Source of the DNA: a virus
Length of the DNA: 31,253 nt
IMG/VR virus record: IMGVR_UViG_2919361683_000002
Span: 145,711 to 176,963 of that record
Reading direction: 5' to 3' (one strand)
Below are positions 26,966 to 31,253 of this stretch, piece after piece (position 1 is the first letter of the stretch; every line of letters starts with the position of its first letter). The notes under the pieces are model-generated. The model ran no database searches and was not told the DNA's origin. It worked only from the letters and a program-made list of their open reading frames with translations. Position numbers and translations under genes: made by a program.

Positions 26966-27558
26966 GTAAAAATGAAGGGAAGCTCTTTGAGGGAGACTTT
27001 CAAGCGTCTGCTGGATCAACTCAGAAGATATTTTTTACCAGAATTAAAGATACTTTTATTCCAGCGGATTTAAGAAACAGAATTAGAGTTACGAAAAATG
27101 ATTATGACTGCATGATGTTTTCTGAGAAGTATCTTTTTACTTTGGAGCTTAAGTCCACAAAACAAAAATCGGTCAGTTTTGATGAAAGTGTAATTAAAAA
27201 GCATCAGATTGATAAATTAAAAGAGGCCAGTGAGTACGACAATGTTATTAGTGGTTTTATTATAAATTTTAGAGAACCAGACAATAGGGTCTTCTTTGTA
27301 CATATCAAGGATTTTGTTAAGTATCAATTTATTGCTCAAAATCAGCTTAGTCACACATATAAGAACAGAGTGAATAAAAGCAGCATACCTATAGGTATAT
27401 GTGAAGAGATAGGGCTAGAAATCAATGGATTTAAAAAAAGAAGCAAGTGGCATTACCACTTAAACGATTTTGTAAAAAATGCAATAAATACATATGGTTT
27501 TAGCAAACAATTTCATGATAAAAGTAGTATTTTACAGAGAGTAGATAACTATTTATAA
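26962..27558 (+). CDS. recU: RecU-like Holliday junction resolvase
   Basis: N.GK.FE, YD, ELKST, HQI..L PD-(D/E)XK pattern of the RecU family. Confidence 0.8.
   Translation: MSKNEGKLFEGDFQASAGSTQKIFFTRIKDTFIPADLRNRIRVTKNDYDCMMFSEKYLFTLELKSTKQKSVSFDESVIKKHQIDKLKEASEYDNVISGFIINFREPDNRVFFVHIKDFVKYQFIAQNQLSHTYKNRVNKSSIPIGICEEIGLEINGFKKRSKWHYHLNDFVKNAINTYGFSKQFHDKSSILQRVDNYL
27519..27534. repeat. Palindromic junction site 9 (TAAAA-GTAGTA-TTTTA)
   Basis: Within the last 13 codons of the recU-like gene. Confidence 0.65.
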
Positions 27559-27594
27559 GCCTTCTTTCAACATAATTAGAGAGGAGGGTGCAGA

Positions 27595-27747
27595 TTGAAA
27601 AGAAGCAACATAAATAGTTTTGAGGTTGTAATACATATTGCTAATGAAAAAGAAGCCAAACCGACAGAAGAATTAAATAATGAATTTATAATTTGGCTGG
27701 AAAATACAATGAAAAAGTATTCTCATTTAGTGCCAAAAGATATATAA
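27595..27747 (+). CDS. Small protein (50 aa, MKRSNINSFEVVIHIANE...), candidate recombination directionality factor
   Basis: Strong RBS GAGGAGG with TTG start, immediately upstream of the integrase; function inferred from position only. Confidence 0.55.
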   Translation: MKRSNINSFEVVIHIANEKEAKPTEELNNEFIIWLENTMKKYSHLVPKDI

Positions 27748-27789
27748 TTAATATATAAAAATAATTAAAAAACTATCAGGAGGAACTTT

Positions 27790-29574
27790 ATGCTCAGGAC
27801 TTTAACAGGTTCAGAAAAATTCACCAAAACTGAGCTTGAAGCCTTGGTCGCAAAGATCAAGGCTCTTATTTATGCTCGTGTATCTACCGATGGGCAGGTT
27901 GATAATTATTCAATAGAATCTCAAATTGAAAGATGCATGGATTTAGCCAAACAAAAGGGGATTAAAGAAGAAGAAGTAGTTGTTCTAATAGAAGATGGGG
28001 AATCAGGTGATAACCCCAATCGCCCAATGATCAACTATGTTTTATTCTTGTTGGAGTATGGGATTGGTGATCATGTTATTTTTCTACATCCCAACAGGAT
28101 GAGTCGTTTTCTTCATTTACAAACACAACTGTCAAATCGCATATGGGGTCTTGGCAAAGATTTCTGGTTTGTTGAGTTTGATTTTGACAAATCGAGTCCA
28201 GAATCAATGTTGAACTTCAACATCCAAGGTTCAATTGCCGAATACAACAAAGCAAAGATATTAGCAGATACTAAGCGTGGCAGAATTACAAAGGTTAAAA
28301 ATGGTCAAATACCGGGTTTAAACAGAATTTATGGGTATACCTATGATACTGAATTGGACACACTAGTTGAGAATCCTGTAGAAAAAGAAATTTATTTGAA
28401 GATGGTTGATATGCTTTTACATAAAGATTATAGCTGTTCTAGGATAGCTGAAGAATTATCTTTGCGTAACGTGCCAGCTCCTAAAAAAGACAGATGGTAT
28501 CAAGTTACGATAAGTAGAATATTTAAAAATGAAACCTACACAGGCAATTATTATTTTGGCAAAACCAAAGTAATCCGTAATGCTGATGGAACAAAGAAAC
28601 AAGTTCCACAACCAAGAGAAGAATGGAGACGAATATCTGTACCTGTTTACATTGATATGGAGACATACCATAGAATTCAGAAGAGACTTGATGAACTAAA
28701 TAAGAACAAACCCGGAAGACCCACAGAAGATTACCTGTTACAAGGAATTTGCCGCTGTGGCAGATGTGGGGCAGCAGTATCATCAGGTGTGACTACGAAA
28801 ACTAAAAATAGATTGCTGAAGTATTACGTATGTCAACATAAAACAAAGAAGTCTTATAAAGTAGGAACTGGCGAATCCAATCCAATTTGCAAAGGACGCA
28901 ATTGGAGAGTGGACTATGTAGATAAAATTATTTGGGAATACGTTAAGAATATAATATCCGAGCCAGCAGAATTTTTTGAACGTATAATTAAACAGCAATC
29001 AGAAAACTCAAACTCTGATGAACTGCTTAAACAAAAAAAGAAATTGGATAAGTCCCTACAGGAAAAAGAAGCGTCTCGCGAACGTTATACAGAGATGTAT
29101 GCGGCTGGAATAATCAAATCAATGAAGGATTTAGAAGATAAAGTGTCAGCCGTAGATGAACAGATTAAAGATATAAAAGAGGAATTGCATACAATAGACC
29201 AAAGCTTATCGACTGTGCTTAATAAGAAAAATCACATCGAATTAGTGCAAAAATCGCTAAGATCTTTTAAATATTTGCTTGATAACGATCATATAGATAT
29301 AGAAACAAAAAGAAAAGTGACGCGATTATTTGTGAAAAAAGTTATGCTCAATGAGGATAATAAAATAAATGTTTATTTACATCTAGGATTTATTGATAAC
29401 GCCGAGAAAGAATCCGATAATAAACATATAAATGTAAACAGTCGCCAAGGCCATGGAAGACCAAAAAAATCAATTTATTTTGATCCTCGCAGGGTATTCG
29501 GGAGAAATGGACTTTTTTTTACGGACAAATCCTGGTCTTCCTTCTCGTTTTCCGATTCAACTGGATTTTCCTGA
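27790..29574 (+). CDS. Large serine recombinase (prophage integrase); ORF extends across attR
   Basis: YARVST catalytic motif, SIESQ, ESG, YGY recombinase domain, CRCGRCG...YYVC...C zinc ribbon, coiled coil; RBS AGGAGG. Confidence 0.95.
   Translation: MLRTLTGSEKFTKTELEALVAKIKALIYARVSTDGQVDNYSIESQIERCMDLAKQKGIKEEEVVVLIEDGESGDNPNRPMINYVLFLLEYGIGDHVIFLHPNRMSRFLHLQTQLSNRIWGLGKDFWFVEFDFDKSSPESMLNFNIQGSIAEYNKAKILADTKRGRITKVKNGQIPGLNRIYGYTYDTELDTLVENPVEKEIYLKMVDMLLHKDYSCSRIAEELSLRNVPAPKKDRWYQVTISRIFKNETYTGNYYFGKTKVIRNADGTKKQVPQPREEWRRISVPVYIDMETYHRIQKRLDELNKNKPGRPTEDYLLQGICRCGRCGAAVSSGVTTKTKNRLLKYYVCQHKTKKSYKVGTGESNPICKGRNWRVDYVDKIIWEYVKNIISEPAEFFERIIKQQSENSNSDELLKQKKKLDKSLQEKEASRERYTEMYAAGIIKSMKDLEDKVSAVDEQIKDIKEELHTIDQSLSTVLNKKNHIELVQKSLRSFKYLLDNDHIDIETKRKVTRLFVKKVMLNEDNKINVYLHLGFIDNAEKESDNKHINVNSRQGHGRPKKSIYFDPRRVFGRNGLFFTDKSWSSFSFSDSTGFS
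29420..29475. other. attR; probable crossover near GCC-AA-GGC (29444-29451)
   Basis: Homology to SpoVK (K-A-M-E-D) begins at 29447 and is absent upstream; short inverted repeat around AA 29447-29448. Confidence 0.7.
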
Positions 29575-29854
29575 CTACACTGTGGATCAACTCATTCAAA
29601 TTTCGGAGATGATGGCTAAGGAACGGGATTATATTCTCATGCCTCAGTCTATACTCAAAATGAAGGAGCATTTGCTAAATGAGCGGAATGACAGTCTCCA
29701 TGCATTTAGTAATGCACGTTATGTTCGTAATGTGATCGAAAAAGCGATTCGGCACCAAGCCGTCAGGCTGCTTAATCAGTACAGGAGTGGGCAACCCGGC
29801 AAGCAGGAATTGATGACGTTGCGACCAGAGGATTTGAAAATGGACAAAAGATAG
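29447..29854 (+). pseudogene. spoVK: 3' portion of host spoVK split by prophage integration
   Basis: KAMEDQKNQFILILAGY...GLPSRF...FSNARYVRN; lacks Walker A/B; sits upstream of hflX as in Bacillales. Confidence 0.9.
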
Positions 29855-29893
29855 GCGATAATAGGAATCTGAATCACATCGAATTGTATGACA

Positions 29894-29935
29894 TCGAACG
29901 AGGGCCGGCCTGACATCAGGTCGGTTTCTGTTCGA
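29894..29935. other. Long imperfect hairpin between spoVK and hflX
   Basis: TCGAAC-GAGGGCCGGCCTGA / TCAGGTCGGTTTCT-GTTCGA arms. Confidence 0.5.
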
Positions 29936-29966
29936 GAGTTGACATGAAAATAAAGGAGCAAACAAT

Positions 29967-31253
29967 ATGGCGAACTCCACTCATGATACACAAACCGAAA
30001 TGCAGGATAAGGCGGTACTGGTCAGTCTAATTACGGATGAAGTCAAACGATCTGGCATCAATACGGAATATTCGTTGGAAGAACTGGTGAAGCTGGCTGA
30101 AACAGCGGGAGTTGAAGTGCTGAGCGTCCTCACACAGAATAGGGAATCCAAGGACTCAAAATGGTTTATTGGCAAAGGAAAAGTAGATGAATTGCGTGCA
30201 GTTGCTGAAGAATTGGGAGCGAATACAGCTATTTTTGATCAGGAACTATCGGGAGCTCAAGTACGAAATCTTGAAGAGAGCCTGGATCTCAAAATAATTG
30301 ACCGGACACAGTTAATTCTGGACATTTTTGCTCAGCGTGCAAAGACACGGGAAGGTATTATCCAGGTTGAACTGGCGCAGTTGTCATACTTACTCCCTCG
30401 ACTGTCTGGACACGGTAAAAATCTTTCGCGGCTCGGTGGCGGAATCGGAACACGTGGTCCTGGTGAAAGCAAGCTAGAGACGGACCGTCGTCACATTCGT
30501 GACCGAATCAGTGATCTGAAACGCCAACTTGAGGAAGTGACGCGTCATCGGTATTTACACAGGGAGCGTAGACAAAAGGCCGGCATCGTCCAGGTGGCAC
30601 TCGTTGGCTATACAAATGCCGGCAAATCAACACTGCTGAAGCAACTGACAGCTGCCGATGTATATATTGAGAACCAACTATTTGCGACGCTTGATCCTAC
30701 CTCTAGAACAATGGAACTGCCGAGTGGCAAAGAAATTATTCTCACAGATACAGTAGGATTTATTCAAAATCTGCCTCATGATTTGGTTGCCTCTTTCCGG
30801 GCCACTTTGGAGGAGGCCAATGAGGCTCATCTCATTTTACATGTCGTGGACGCCTCCTCAGACATGCGTGACGAACAAATGAAAGTTGTAGAGTCAATCC
30901 TGCAACAGCTTGGGGCTGCGGACAAGCCTCAGATCGTATTGTTTAACAAAAAAGATGCTTGCACCCCTGAGCAATTGGAAATGCTCCCTTCTGGGGAAGG
31001 CTATTTGAAAATCAGTGCTTTTGATGAAGCAGATTTGCTACGCATTCGCGAACTGGTTCAGGAGCATCTGAGCGGTGACACACTGAGATTTCGTATTCCT
31101 GCGGAACGTGGGGATTTAACATCGGTGCTTTATCGAATTGGAGATGTACTGCTGACAGAGTATGATGGCAATGATGTCATTTATGAGGTAGAAATTCAAA
31201 GAGGAGAATACGAAAAGTATGGTCATGCGCTTAGTGAGTTCACAGAAAGTTAA
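29967..31253 (+). CDS. hflX: Ribosome-splitting GTPase HflX (host)
   Basis: IGTRGPGESKLE, GYTNAGKST (G1), LFATLD (G2), DTVGF (G3), NKKD (G4); RBS AAGGAG. Confidence 0.97.
   Translation: MANSTHDTQTEMQDKAVLVSLITDEVKRSGINTEYSLEELVKLAETAGVEVLSVLTQNRESKDSKWFIGKGKVDELRAVAEELGANTAIFDQELSGAQVRNLEESLDLKIIDRTQLILDIFAQRAKTREGIIQVELAQLSYLLPRLSGHGKNLSRLGGGIGTRGPGESKLETDRRHIRDRISDLKRQLEEVTRHRYLHRERRQKAGIVQVALVGYTNAGKSTLLKQLTAADVYIENQLFATLDPTSRTMELPSGKEIILTDTVGFIQNLPHDLVASFRATLEEANEAHLILHVVDASSDMRDEQMKVVESILQQLGAADKPQIVLFNKKDACTPEQLEMLPSGEGYLKISAFDEADLLRIRELVQEHLSGDTLRFRIPAERGDLTSVLYRIGDVLLTEYDGNDVIYEVEIQRGEYEKYGHALSEFTES

Larger units (their letters stand above)
1..29448 (+). mobile_element. Right arm of an SPbeta-like prophage integrated in spoVK (left end outside the window)
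   Basis: AT-rich, co-oriented, densely packed genes typical of SPbeta-like phages (nrdIEF, YopX, DnaE, RecU, sigma factor). A terminal large serine recombinase abuts a 5'-truncated spoVK, and base composition becomes visibly more GC-balanced after ~29450. Confidence 0.92.

Noticed and set aside
8912-27534. Junction palindromes as a CRISPR array or as intrinsic terminators
   Set aside because: Copies are hundreds to thousands of nt apart with whole genes between them, and no cas genes are present. The stems are A/T-only and too weak for terminators.
29453-29854. 133-aa ORF as an independent gene
   Set aside because: It is the post-Walker-B half of SpoVK starting at an internal Met without a clear RBS.
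533-30175. All minus-strand ORFs in the track, plus nested alternative-frame plus-strand ORFs (e.g. 4374-4556, 7092-7418, 12037-12306, 12931-13137)
   Set aside because: They lie within or opposite well-supported genes, show no recognisable motifs, and break the uniform + orientation; treated as shadows.
1-31253. tRNA, rRNA, IS transposase or arbitrium genes
   Set aside because: None recognised by eye; a covariance-model scan would be needed to exclude small RNAs.

Overview
Positions 1 to ~29448 are the right arm of a large, AT-rich, SPbeta-like temperate prophage, and all credible genes lie on the + strand. It is integrated in the host sporulation gene spoVK. The 3' remnant of spoVK (~29447-29854) and hflX (29967-31253) are host chromosome, probably a Paenibacillus-like endospore former (inference). 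The prophage arm carries, in order: a nucleotide-metabolism block (nrdD, nrdI, nrdE, nrdF, a MazG/DR2231-like dUTPase candidate, thyX); a ~10 kb array of small accessory genes (YopX, GHKL ATPase, two metallophosphoesterases, a sigma factor, IDEAL-domain protein); a ParM/ParR-type partition locus; a full-length phage copy of spoVK; DnaE; RecU; and a large serine integrase. Four observations stand out. (1) A palindromic site, TAAAA-N6-TTTTA with a variable 6-bp spacer, occurs at least 9 times, almost always at gene junctions, where it often supplies the upstream stop codon and abuts the next RBS. This suggests a gene-cassette or recombination-site architecture, or a phage-wide operator. (2) The phage carries its own spoVK, with a sporulation-type promoter, that could replace the gene it disrupts. 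(3) The integrase ORF runs through attR, so its C-terminus depends on integration state. (4) A GIY-YIG nuclease is fused to a paralog of the adjacent ParR-like RHH domain. All assignments come from motif recognition by eye; no database searches were run.
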